Virus record (IMG/VR): IMGVR_UViG_3300022562_000051
Location: 108,581 to 172,580 of that record
DNA: 64,000 bases
DNA from: a virus
Lineage: Duplodnaviria; Heunggongvirae; Uroviricota; Caudoviricetes
Strand: one strand, 5' to 3'
Part shown: positions 49,317 to 58,552 of the stretch, piece by piece
Layout: the number at the start of each line of letters is the position of its first letter
Position numbering within the stretch: position 1 is the stretch's first letter
Notes under the pieces: model-generated
Seen by the model: the letters and a program-made list of their open reading frames with translations, nothing else
The model's database searches: none
What the model was told of the DNA's origin: nothing
Program-made: the position numbers and the translations under genes

Positions 49317-50205
49317 GTTTGGTCGTATTGCGGTTGCACTAATGATGGTCGCCGCATTGGGTGCATGTAGCAAGGTTCCGGCTGGTAATGTCGGTGTGAA
49401 GGTCTACCTGTTGGGTGGCGCGAAAGGCGTTGACACACAGGAGTTGGGACCGGGACGTTACTGGATCGGCGTCAACGAAGAGTTGTATCTGTTCCCGACG
49501 TTCACTCAGAACTATACGTGGACTGAGGACTGGATTGACGAGAATGGCAACGGCAAGAAGGAACTTCCCGAAGTCGAAGACGAGTCAATTTCATTCCAGA
49601 CAAAGGAAGGTCTGGTAGTCTCGGCAGACGTTGGTATCTCGTATCACGTTGATCCGAATATGGTGTCCATCCTGTTCCAGAAGTATCGCAAGGGTATTGA
49701 TGAAATCACCGATATCTATCTGCGCAACATGGTGCGTGATGCACTGGCTAAGGCAGCTTCCAGCCGTCCGATTGAATCGGTCTATGGTGTCGGCAAGTCT
49801 GAATTGCTTGCAGAAGTTGAAACCCGCGTGAAGGAACAGACTGCGCCTTTCGGCATCGTGCTGGAAAAGCTATATTGGGCGGGTGAGTTCCGTCTGCCAC
49901 CTTCGGTTGTCGCAGCCATCAATGCAAAGATTGAAGCTACGCAGAAGGCACAGCAGCGCGAGAATGAAGTCGCACAAGCCAAAGCCGAAGCTGACAAGCA
50001 GATTGAAGCTGCGCGAGGCGAGGCTGAGTCTCGGCTGATCAATGCGAAGTCGGAAGCTGAGTCTATCCGTATTCGTGGTGATGCTCTGCGCGAGAATCCC
50101 AAGCTGGTTGAGCTAAACGCAATTGACAAGTGGAATGGTGTCCTGCCGCAGTTCGTTGGTAGCGGTGCGATTCCGTTCGTCAGCGTCCCGCAGGGAAGCA
50201 AGTAA
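49309..50205 (+). CDS. SPFH/band-7 (prohibitin-like) lipoprotein
   Basis: Lipobox LGAC; SPFH core plus C-terminal Ala/Glu/Gln-rich coiled-coil. Confidence 0.55.
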   Translation: MNKFGRIAVALMMVAALGACSKVPAGNVGVKVYLLGGAKGVDTQELGPGRYWIGVNEELYLFPTFTQNYTWTEDWIDENGNGKKELPEVEDESISFQTKEGLVVSADVGISYHVDPNMVSILFQKYRKGIDEITDIYLRNMVRDALAKAASSRPIESVYGVGKSELLAEVETRVKEQTAPFGIVLEKLYWAGEFRLPPSVVAAINAKIEATQKAQQRENEVAQAKAEADKQIEAARGEAESRLINAKSEAESIRIRGDALRENPKLVELNAIDKWNGVLPQFVGSGAIPFVSVPQGSK

Positions 50206-50206
50206 T

Positions 50207-50410
50207 ATGCGCTGCCCACCGGAAATGTGTATGGAACGTCCAAGCGTTACCAACCGTTTCCGGTGGGCGTGGGCAGTGTGTCAGCCCGACGCTCATTGGG
50301 CTGAGTTGCAAAGTGGATCGCATGAGAACAAGCTAATAGCCATTCGCCAATGTGAGAATGCCTATTATCTTGAGTTCAGACGATGGCAAGAGGAAACGGG
50401 TTATGACTGA
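50207..50410 (+). CDS. hypothetical small protein
   Basis: ORF. Confidence 0.25.
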   Translation: MRCPPEMCMERPSVTNRFRWAWAVCQPDAHWAELQSGSHENKLIAIRQCENAYYLEFRRWQEETGYD

Positions 50411-50573
50411 TTTTACTGTTCTTCATGGTGATGAACTAGATAAGGTAAGAAAGCTAGAAGGCTTTTACATGGCTGTTCAAGGGTTGGTAGAAACCACTGA
50501 GCTATTCTCGGAGAACGTATCTCTAAGTTATCTTAAGGTATTACTCAGAGATTACAACCCCGACTCAAATTAG
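50403..50573 (+). CDS. hypothetical small protein
   Basis: ORF. Confidence 0.25.
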   Translation: MTDFTVLHGDELDKVRKLEGFYMAVQGLVETTELFSENVSLSYLKVLLRDYNPDSN

Positions 50574-50574
50574 A

Positions 50575-50603
50575 CTTGACAAGGAATCAATTAGTCTATA
50601 TAA
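50575..50603 (+). promoter_or_regulatory. sigma70-like promoter (TTGACA, 17 nt spacer, TATAAT)
   Basis: ttgacaaggaatcaattagtctatataat. Confidence 0.55.
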
Positions 50604-51094
50604 TAGTACGTATCAAGCAAAAATTGGGATGTATTCAGCAACCCTACTATGAAGCAAAGGGTCGCAGGACAACAAACTCCTGCACCGGAAGTCAAACCGG
50701 AAAACAAATCAGACTGTTCCTAAAGATACATAGGATAAGGTATGAGAACTCCGTAAAGTCTCAACATCCCGCGCTTGATATTTTGTACAAAGGTCACTAA
50801 TCAGAGGCTATATACACATACGAATTTTCGATTTTAGGGGTTTGATTCAGCAATATACGCTATTGGAAAAGCAAACAAACCCGTCAGATTGAAAGTAGGT
50901 TAGATTCAGCAAACCAAAAAATCGAACCCTTCGGGGTACCACAGGCAGCTACGCCGTTCACCGTAGAGTGTAGGTTCAAAGGATAACCTGAAAATTCTGC
51001 TAACCTGAGTTTTAAATTTGGATCAAATTCAGCAAACCCAAGCCAATTCGACTCATACTCGGAAAAAGCTTGATCCAGTAAGTGAGGTAACGAT

Positions 51095-52504
51095 ATGAAC
51101 AAGTTCGTAGCAGCGGCGGTTTCCACGCCAACCCTTTCCCGTACTCAGAACAACATGAAGGCATTTGCGGATACCGCAAGTCCTGTCGTTGATCTGTTCT
51201 ACAATGTCGGTGCAAGCCGTGGTAAGGACATTACTCCAATGTTCCGTCGCGCATTTGCGACTGACGAAGACCTAGCACTGCGTATCGCTCTGTGGGCGCG
51301 TGACGTTCGCGGCGGTGCCGGTGAGCGTGAGGTTTTCCGTAGCGTTCTGCGCTGGCTGGAAATCCATGAGCCAGAGATTCTTCTGAACACTAAGTTTCTG
51401 GAAAAGGTTCCAGAGGTTGGTCGTTGGGACGATCTGCTGGTCTTCAACTTCAATCCAGAAGTCAAGTCCAAGGCGTTCGACCTGATTCACGCTGCGCTCA
51501 AGGCTGGCAACGGTCTTGCGGCAAAGTGGATGCCACGTAAGGGTACCCATGCGGTAGAACTGCGTGAGGCATTCGGGCTGACTCCAAAGCAGTACCGTAA
51601 GACTCTGGTCAACCTGTCTAACACGGTTGAGCAAGCAATGTGCGCAAAGGAATACGAGCGTATCAACTACGCACACGTTCCTTCGCTGGCAATGTCGCGC
51701 TACATGAAGGCGTTCTCCAAGAACGATGCGGAGCGTTTCGTGAAGTATCGCGAGTCGCTGGTCAAGGGTGAAACCAAGATCAATGCGTCTGCGGTCTACC
51801 CATACGATGTAATCAAGACGATTCGTTTCGGCGGCGACGACACGGTTGCTAACGAGCAGTGGAAGGCTCTGCCTGACTACATTGACGATCAGAACATTCT
51901 GCCTATGGTAGACGTTTCTGGTTCGATGTGTTGCCCTGCTGGTAACAACCCAAACGTCCAGTGCATTGACGTTTCGCTTTCCCTTGGTCTGTATTGCGCA
52001 AGCAAGAACAAGGGTGCGTTCAAGGACATGTTCCTGACGTTCTCTGCGCGTCCAGCGATTCAGAAGGTTTCCGGTACGCTCAAGCAGCGTATGAACCAGA
52101 TGAATCAGTCTGATTGGGGAATGAACACCGACCTGATCGCGGCATTCCGTCACATTCTCAAGCTGGCAACGGCTAACGATGTGCCACAGGCAGACATGCC
52201 TTCGGTTGTCCTGATTCTGTCGGACATGCAGTTCGACCAGTGCGCACGGTTTGACGATTCCGCAATGGAGTCCATCAAGCGTCAGTACGCAACGGCTGGA
52301 TACACTGTACCAGTTGTGGTCTTCTGGAACCTGAACGCATCATACGGCAATGCGCCTGTGACGTTCAACGAGAAGGGTGTAGCATTGGTTTCTGGCTTCT
52401 CGCCAGCAATCATGAAGGCAGTCCTCGCGGCTGACTTCGATACCCTGTCGCCAGAGAGCATCGTTCGCGATGCGGTCTGTATCCCAAGGTATGACTACAA
52501 GTAA
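51095..52504 (+). CDS. DUF2828-like N-terminal domain plus C-terminal vWA domain protein
   Basis: RIALWARDVRGGAGER motif; MIDAS DVSGSM. Confidence 0.5.
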   Translation: MNKFVAAAVSTPTLSRTQNNMKAFADTASPVVDLFYNVGASRGKDITPMFRRAFATDEDLALRIALWARDVRGGAGEREVFRSVLRWLEIHEPEILLNTKFLEKVPEVGRWDDLLVFNFNPEVKSKAFDLIHAALKAGNGLAAKWMPRKGTHAVELREAFGLTPKQYRKTLVNLSNTVEQAMCAKEYERINYAHVPSLAMSRYMKAFSKNDAERFVKYRESLVKGETKINASAVYPYDVIKTIRFGGDDTVANEQWKALPDYIDDQNILPMVDVSGSMCCPAGNNPNVQCIDVSLSLGLYCASKNKGAFKDMFLTFSARPAIQKVSGTLKQRMNQMNQSDWGMNTDLIAAFRHILKLATANDVPQADMPSVVLILSDMQFDQCARFDDSAMESIKRQYATAGYTVPVVVFWNLNASYGNAPVTFNEKGVALVSGFSPAIMKAVLAADFDTLSPESIVRDAVCIPRYDYK

Positions 52505-52520
52505 TCCTTGGAAAAGAGTT

Positions 52521-52556
52521 CAGAGGGGCTATCGCCCCTCTGAGCTTGTTTTATTT
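52521..52556 (+). terminator. rho-independent terminator
   Basis: cagaggggc-tatc-gcccctctg followed by a T-rich tract. Confidence 0.6.
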
Positions 52557-52625
52557 TGTTATGGAAAAAATGTGGGTAAGAGTCGTTACGCTAACGCACT
52601 CATAAAGGCTCACAGGGAGATTCCG

Positions 52626-52883
52626 ATGAAAAGGCAACTCCGCAGTAAGTTCACTGTAAACCATGTAACGGCTGATGCCGTGTACATTACGGATGATTGC
52701 GAACAGTATCAGTGCATGTCCGTAACGAATGATGCTGAACAGGTAGTGGAATATCTGTATGAGCAATTCGGTGATAAGCAGATTTTCTATAAGGATACCG
52801 AAGGATATTGGGACGAGCTAGTACACAAGAATGGTGTATTTGAAAACTTTCGCCCCGGTGTTAAACTAAATAAGAACGTCTAA
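52626..52883 (+). CDS. hypothetical protein
   Basis: GGGAG RBS; start chosen downstream of the terminator. Confidence 0.35.
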   Translation: MKRQLRSKFTVNHVTADAVYITDDCEQYQCMSVTNDAEQVVEYLYEQFGDKQIFYKDTEGYWDELVHKNGVFENFRPGVKLNKNV

Positions 52884-52900
52884 GCCACATTCTTATTCCA

Positions 52901-53455
52901 ATGGTACAGCCATATTCGATGATCGTCAATGCATTCTCGACTGATGAATGCCAGAGAATTATTGGACTTGGTTTATCCAAGCCATTAAAGGTTGCATATG
53001 CACCGGGAATGCGCATTGATCCAGAGTTCCGTACATCCATGGTTCGCTTCATTTACAATGAAGATAATCGTGAATGGATTTTCGATAAGTTGTGGAATCT
53101 GGCTCGCAGCGTAGATCATGGATTCGACATTACCACATTAAACTTTGTCCAGTTCACGGAATACGATGCGGCTTACGCGGGACATTTCGGTAAACACGCA
53201 GATACACAATTCTATTATCACGCTACGAATCGTAGTAAGATGATCAGAAGACTAACCATAGTTATACAACTAACTGATCCTATAACTTATGAGGGTGGTG
53301 ATCTAGTCCTGTATCCGAAAGACAGCCCACCAATTACTGGACAAAGGGACCGTGGTTGTGCTATAATATTCCCATCTAATATGATTCACGAAGCACAGAA
53401 AGTAACCCAAGGTACCCGCTACTCTTTGGTGGCGTGGTTTGAGGGTCCGAAGTAG
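52901..53455 (+). CDS. 2OG-Fe(II) oxygenase (prolyl-4-hydroxylase-like)
   Basis: HxD...H facial-triad-like pattern (HFGKHADTQ ... H), double-stranded beta-helix fold. Confidence 0.5.
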   Translation: MVQPYSMIVNAFSTDECQRIIGLGLSKPLKVAYAPGMRIDPEFRTSMVRFIYNEDNREWIFDKLWNLARSVDHGFDITTLNFVQFTEYDAAYAGHFGKHADTQFYYHATNRSKMIRRLTIVIQLTDPITYEGGDLVLYPKDSPPITGQRDRGCAIIFPSNMIHEAQKVTQGTRYSLVAWFEGPK

Positions 53456-53738
53456 GAAGTCCATGGACAAGTCAAGACGCCAAAAGCGATTTGAACAGAA
53501 ACATCGGAATAAGGTAAAGTGGAGAAAGAGAGTAGAGAATCATGCAAAGGTGCTTGGTGAAGACCCAAGCATGGTTCAAAACCGCGAGTGGGTGGAACAC
53601 CAGATTCATTTATTGACTAATCATGGTAAGCTTTGTTCTTGCTATGGTTGTGGAAACGCACGTAGACATACGGGCGAACGCACCATGCAGGAAAAGCGTA
53701 TTGAAGAGAAGTATGGTGACTACTACGGTAAGATTTGA
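53439..53738 (+). CDS. basic small protein with CxxC pair
   Basis: ORF; CSCYGC. Confidence 0.3.
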   Translation: MRVRSRKSMDKSRRQKRFEQKHRNKVKWRKRVENHAKVLGEDPSMVQNREWVEHQIHLLTNHGKLCSCYGCGNARRHTGERTMQEKRIEEKYGDYYGKI

Positions 53739-53997
53739 CTTTCCCTATATACTTTCGTATAATGTTGCAGTGCAATATTAACGAGGTACAGGAGAAAATC
53801 ATGGAATGCCTTAGAAGTAAGATTAGAGAATTAGAACCAGAGACAGTAGCAACTTGGGCAATGGGACTAACCTTAGTGTTAGCCGTCGCAACAGTCGCAT
53901 ACTCACTTTGGCAGGCTTTTGCAAAAGCAGGGGTCACTTGGTGAAGGATGCTAAAGGACAGTGCATTGAATCTGTCAGGTTGATAAAGGTAATTGAT

Positions 53998-54861
53998 ATG
54001 AAGAAGTTGTTTGTTTTGATGGCATTGTTTGCGTTTACTGCGCCAGCATTTGCCGGTGCATGTTGGGTAAATGGCGAAAAGGTAGGTAGCTGTCAAGGTA
54101 GCGACTGCTGCGGCGACGGTGAATGGGTACCTGATGGTGGTGATGGCAACCAGTGGCAGGGTCAGGCACAGGGTCAGTTCCAGTTTCAGGGACAGGCGCA
54201 GGGTCAGGCACAGTCACAGGAAGCCAATGCTAACGCGACTGCGGTAGCTGGCGCGGTTGCGGTGAATGAAAACACCAATCTGAATGCTAACATGACGAAT
54301 GTTAATGTGCAGAATGATGTTAACAACACCAATACCAATACGGCTAGCGTCGGTGACGTTACTGCCAACGGTGGTGAAGGTGGCGATGCTTCGGCAACCG
54401 CTACTATTGCCGAAGGTGCAGTAGTTGTGAATAACAACACTGAGCGTGGTGCTTATGCGACTAGCTATAGCTCAAACTACGCTTACACTGAGGCGCGTCA
54501 GGCTCCGTCCGTAGCACAGGGTTCGTTTGCGATTAGTGGATGTTCTGTCGGCGGCAACGCTGGTGGATCAAACATTCACGGTAGCGCGTTCCTTGGATTC
54601 GGTTGGACTCCGCAGGAGTGCTATAAGTTCATGCTTGCGCAGGCTTATCAGTCAATCGGTGAGAAGAAGGCTGTCTGTGATATCCTTAAGAACACCAAGG
54701 TTGGTAGGCGTCTTGAGCGTGATGGTGTAGAACTGCCTGAGTGTGTCGAACAGGTCGTTGTGATTGCGACTCCGGTTGCGCCGGATATGTCGAAGTTCGC
54801 GACCAAGGAAGAGGTCAACGAAAAGGTTGATCGTGCATTCCGCGCTTCGCAGACAAAGTAA
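53998..54861 (+). CDS. secreted low-complexity Gln/Asn/Ala-rich repeat protein
   Basis: Signal peptide MKKLFVLMALFAFTAPAFA; QGQAQGQ repeats; N/T-rich. Confidence 0.45.
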   Translation: MKKLFVLMALFAFTAPAFAGACWVNGEKVGSCQGSDCCGDGEWVPDGGDGNQWQGQAQGQFQFQGQAQGQAQSQEANANATAVAGAVAVNENTNLNANMTNVNVQNDVNNTNTNTASVGDVTANGGEGGDASATATIAEGAVVVNNNTERGAYATSYSSNYAYTEARQAPSVAQGSFAISGCSVGGNAGGSNIHGSAFLGFGWTPQECYKFMLAQAYQSIGEKKAVCDILKNTKVGRRLERDGVELPECVEQVVVIATPVAPDMSKFATKEEVNEKVDRAFRASQTK

Positions 54862-54877
54862 AAGAAAAGTCTAGCGG

Positions 54878-55198
54878 TTGAGTTTTGTCATGAACAGGCT
54901 GAATGAATTACTGACGATCTTGCAGGAAGAGTGTGCCGAGGTTTCTCAGTGTGCTTCGAAATGCATTCGTTTTGGAATTGATGCAGTCTATGAAGGCAAG
55001 ACCAACCGCGAAAGACTTGAACATGAATTAGGCGACTTGCTTGCAATGGTAAAACTAATTGATGAAGAGTCGCCAATCAATTCCGACCATGTTCTAGCTT
55101 GCGCCGAAGCAAAGCTAATCAAGGTCGAAGGGTTCATGAAAAACTCTAAAAATAAGCCGAAAAAGGCACCTAATCGTAAGTCATTGAAATCCAAGTGA
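54878..55198 (+). CDS. MazG-like nucleotide pyrophosphohydrolase
   Basis: EE.AE....E..DLL helical MazG signature. Confidence 0.55.
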   Translation: MSFVMNRLNELLTILQEECAEVSQCASKCIRFGIDAVYEGKTNRERLEHELGDLLAMVKLIDEESPINSDHVLACAEAKLIKVEGFMKNSKNKPKKAPNRKSLKSK

Positions 55199-55272
55199 TT
55201 TCTGTTGTTGTGTTATTATTGGTTTTTCGATAGACTAATAATATAGGTTGGTTATTGGATATAGGTGACTGA

Positions 55273-56160
55273 ATGCCGCGTGGCGTCCCCAAGGCTGGTT
55301 TTCGTATGACTCGCAAGCGCAAAGCTGCGGGTCTGTCTCGCAAGCAAATTCTGTCCGGTGTCAATCCGGCGCAGGCGATACCGGAAGAGCCGGAAATCGT
55401 AGAAACCGAAGATCAGATTCGAAACAAGCTGGACGAGCGTTTCGCAGCGTTGACCATGATGGCTAAGTCGGCTGTCGCGGGTGACGTTCGCGCAGTTGTC
55501 GTTTCCGGTCCCGCTGGCGTGGGCAAGTCCTACGAAATTGAGCAGTTGCTTACCAGCATGAACCCGTATCATACCATCGTGCGCGGCTATGTTCGCCCGA
55601 CTGGTCTATATCGCACCCTGTACGAGTTCCGCAATCCCGGTTCCGTTGTGGTGTTCGATGATGCGGATAGCATCTTCAACGATGACGTTTCCCTTAACTT
55701 GCTCAAGGCTGCGTGTGATACTACGCGCCAGCGCAAGCTGTCTTGGCTGTCCGAGATTCGGATGGAAGACGAGGGTGGCGACAAGATGCCGCGTGAGTTC
55801 GAATTCGACGGCACGATCATCTTCATTACTAACTACGATTTCGATCTGCTGATTGCGCGTGGCAACAAGCTTGCTCCGCACTTCGCGGCTCTTGTGTCGC
55901 GCTCCATGTATCTCGACATGGCAATGAAGAATAAGCGCGACTATCTGGTGCGCATCAAGCAAGTGCTGGAAAAGGGTATGCTGCGTGGCATGAACATGAC
56001 GCGCAACGATGAACAGGAAATCGTCAAGTTCATCGAAGACCATCAGGACAAGATGCGCGAGTTGTCGCTGCGTATGGTGGTCAAGGTTGCGACTCTGAAA
56101 AAGGCGCATCCGACCAAGTGGCAGTCGCTCGCTCGCGTTGTCTGCTGCCATACGAGGTAA
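55273..56160 (+). CDS. AAA+/P-loop ATPase
   Basis: Walker A GPAGVGKS, Walker B VVFDDAD. Confidence 0.5.
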   Translation: MPRGVPKAGFRMTRKRKAAGLSRKQILSGVNPAQAIPEEPEIVETEDQIRNKLDERFAALTMMAKSAVAGDVRAVVVSGPAGVGKSYEIEQLLTSMNPYHTIVRGYVRPTGLYRTLYEFRNPGSVVVFDDADSIFNDDVSLNLLKAACDTTRQRKLSWLSEIRMEDEGGDKMPREFEFDGTIIFITNYDFDLLIARGNKLAPHFAALVSRSMYLDMAMKNKRDYLVRIKQVLEKGMLRGMNMTRNDEQEIVKFIEDHQDKMRELSLRMVVKVATLKKAHPTKWQSLARVVCCHTR

Positions 56161-56162
56161 TC

Positions 56163-57035
56163 ATGAGTAAGAATTTCAAGCCGATGCTGGCAGGCAAGGT
56201 TGGTTCCACAATCAACTTCCCGGTCATGGCAAGTCCGAAGCTTGACGGTGTGCGCTGCATCATCATAGACGGTGTTGCAATGTCGCGCAGTCTCAAGCCG
56301 ATTCCGAATGCCTACGTGCAGAAGCAAATCGGCAAAGCCAAGTATAACGGACTCGACGGCGAACTGATGCTAGGCGCAGTCGGCGCGGCTGACGTTTATC
56401 GCAAGACCGTTTCTGCGGTCATGAGCGAAGACGGCGAGCCGAATTTCACATTCTGGATTTTCGATAACTTCCTCAAGACCGGTGGTTTCAATGACCGCTA
56501 CAAGAGTCTTGAAAAGCATGTGAGCGCACATGTTACCGTCGTGAAGCATACGATGATTCGCAACATGGAAGACCTCGACGCCTACGAAGCGAAACAGCTT
56601 GACGGTGGGCTGGAAGGCGTCATGATCCGCGATCCGCAGGGTCCGTACAAGTTTGGTCGCAGCACTACGAATGAAGGAACGCTACTCAAGTTGAAGCGGT
56701 TCGAAGATTCGGAAGCGCACATTCTTGACGTTCAGGAACTTCTGCACAACGACAACGAAGCGAAGAAGAACGCACTCGGACATACTGAGCGTTCCTCGCA
56801 CAAGGACAACATGGTGCCGATGGGAACACTCGGCGCATTGCTGGTTCGCGATATGAAGACCAAGGTCGAATTCGCAATTGGCACAGGATACGATGCCGCG
56901 ACTCGTAAAGAGTTGTGGGACAATCGGAAGAACCTCAAAGGCAAGATCGTGAAGTACAAGTATTTTGCCGGTGGTTCGAAAGACAAGCCGCGCTTCCCGG
57001 TGTTTATCGGGTTCCGCGACAAGCGTGATATGTAA
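56163..57035 (+). CDS. ATP-dependent DNA ligase
   Basis: Motif I KLDGVR; OB-fold C-terminal region. Confidence 0.7.
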   Translation: MSKNFKPMLAGKVGSTINFPVMASPKLDGVRCIIIDGVAMSRSLKPIPNAYVQKQIGKAKYNGLDGELMLGAVGAADVYRKTVSAVMSEDGEPNFTFWIFDNFLKTGGFNDRYKSLEKHVSAHVTVVKHTMIRNMEDLDAYEAKQLDGGLEGVMIRDPQGPYKFGRSTTNEGTLLKLKRFEDSEAHILDVQELLHNDNEAKKNALGHTERSSHKDNMVPMGTLGALLVRDMKTKVEFAIGTGYDAATRKELWDNRKNLKGKIVKYKYFAGGSKDKPRFPVFIGFRDKRDM

Positions 57036-57048
57036 TAGGAGTTAGATC

Positions 57049-57789
57049 ATGGGTACACGTTCACTTACATTCTTCTATCACTACCAGAAAGAGCAGCCAT
57101 TCTGTTGTTTCTATCGGCAGTTCGATGGATATCCTACCGGTCATGGTCAGGAGTTAGCTAACCTGATTGCACCGATGCGTCTGGTCAATGGTTTCCAGAT
57201 GGACATGAAAGCTGGCGAAGTTGCAAACGGCATGGGCTGTCTGGCAGCACAGGTCATTACTGCACTCAAGAGCGAAATCGGTCTTGGTGGCATTTACATG
57301 ACTGACCCCGATCTGGATCAGGATTCCGGTCAGGAATACGAGTATCACGTTCATGCGTGGCAGGACGATTCAGGGAATTGGGCGAACAAGACGCCTTTCC
57401 ATACTCGCGTTGTGGTCAAGGATGTTTACGCAGACAAGCGCGTAATCTTCGACGGTACGTTTGAACAGTTCCGCGAGTGGGCGCAGAACCCGCCGCAGAC
57501 TAAGGATGGCTACATTCCTGTAATCGGCAACGTTGAGGCTGATGCCACGGTGCTGTCGCTGCGCGATTCATTGCGCAAGGGCGTGGTTGCAGTCACGTTC
57601 CGTAAGGCTGATGACACTATGCGCCGAATGCGCTGCACTTTGAATCCCGATTACATTCCCGAGGATCGTATTCCCGGTGCGTCAACGTCCCTGCGGCGTG
57701 ATCCGAAGTTGTTCAAGGTGTGGGATGTGCAGAAGAAGGATTGGCGTTCGTTCCGTGAAGAGCGCGTCCTGAATTGGAGTGCAGAATAA
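57049..57789 (+). CDS. hypothetical protein. Its C-terminal domain is paralogous to the 44083 gene
   Basis: VTFRKADDTMRRMRCTLNPDYIPE...WDVQKKDWRSFRE. Confidence 0.4.
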   Translation: MGTRSLTFFYHYQKEQPFCCFYRQFDGYPTGHGQELANLIAPMRLVNGFQMDMKAGEVANGMGCLAAQVITALKSEIGLGGIYMTDPDLDQDSGQEYEYHVHAWQDDSGNWANKTPFHTRVVVKDVYADKRVIFDGTFEQFREWAQNPPQTKDGYIPVIGNVEADATVLSLRDSLRKGVVAVTFRKADDTMRRMRCTLNPDYIPEDRIPGASTSLRRDPKLFKVWDVQKKDWRSFREERVLNWSAE

Positions 57790-57790
57790 C

Positions 57791-58090
57791 ATGAAGAACT
57801 TTATTAACAAGATCATTGCGTTCCTGTGGAGCATCAAGAAAGAGGAATGGATCACATTCGGTGGAATCCTTGTATTCTCTACTGGTTTCCTTTACATGGG
57901 AATCATTGACGAGCATCCTTTCTTCTATCTGTGGTGTATGTTCCTGTACACGTTTCAGGGCGTCTACTCGTATCGGCGCGGTCTGAATGAAGGTACGAAG
58001 TTGGCTAGCGACATTTGGGAATCTGCATTCATTAGAGAATTCTTCAAGTCGCGTGAAATCAGCGAAGCGCAGGATGGTGATCAGTCATGA
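57791..58090 (+). CDS. membrane protein
   Basis: Two TM helices. Confidence 0.3.
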   Translation: MKNFINKIIAFLWSIKKEEWITFGGILVFSTGFLYMGIIDEHPFFYLWCMFLYTFQGVYSYRRGLNEGTKLASDIWESAFIREFFKSREISEAQDGDQS

Positions 58091-58329
58091 AAGTCTTACA
58101 GCAGTCTTATAATAACTTCTTAGAGAGTATGAAGGGGCGCAAGTATCCAGCTTGCTTTGCATCCAAGATGCAATTCGAAGCATGGGGCGAAGTCGAAGCA
58201 ATCGCACATACCAAGCCGCGCCTCTTCCCATGCCGGGATTGTACAAATGAGTATCGTTCTCAAATGGGTTCCCGGTGCGCCAATGCCGACCTTCCCGGCG
58301 TGGTCCGCATCATGAATAAGGGTCCGTAG
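58087..58329 (+). CDS. hypothetical Cys-containing small protein
   Basis: CRDC. Confidence 0.3.
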   Translation: MKVLQQSYNNFLESMKGRKYPACFASKMQFEAWGEVEAIAHTKPRLFPCRDCTNEYRSQMGSRCANADLPGVVRIMNKGP

Positions 58330-58390
58330 AGGCGTTTTACGCGGCTTTTATAGGGCAGTCTAGGCACCCCTACCGGCTATCGGCAGAACG

Positions 58391-58425
58391 GCTCCTAGAG
58401 GCTCCTAGAGCGTCCTAGAGGGCAG
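58391..58425. repeat. 3x tandem direct repeat (G)CTCCTAGAG
   Basis: ggctcctagag gctcctagag cgtcctagag. Confidence 0.6.
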
Positions 58426-58552
58426 TCGTAAGTCCTTGATTTATAAGGGCTTATTATGCCCTCTCTAAGTGCCTGATTCTATTAGAGTTTTCAGCATTGT
58501 CATTTCTTGCTCGTCTTGCTAATATGAAAGCATAGGATAACGAGGAACGGTC

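Noticed and set aside
51272-52153. 293-aa minus-strand ORF
   Set aside because: Antisense to the DUF2828-vWA gene; Arg/Leu-rich composition typical of shadow ORFs.
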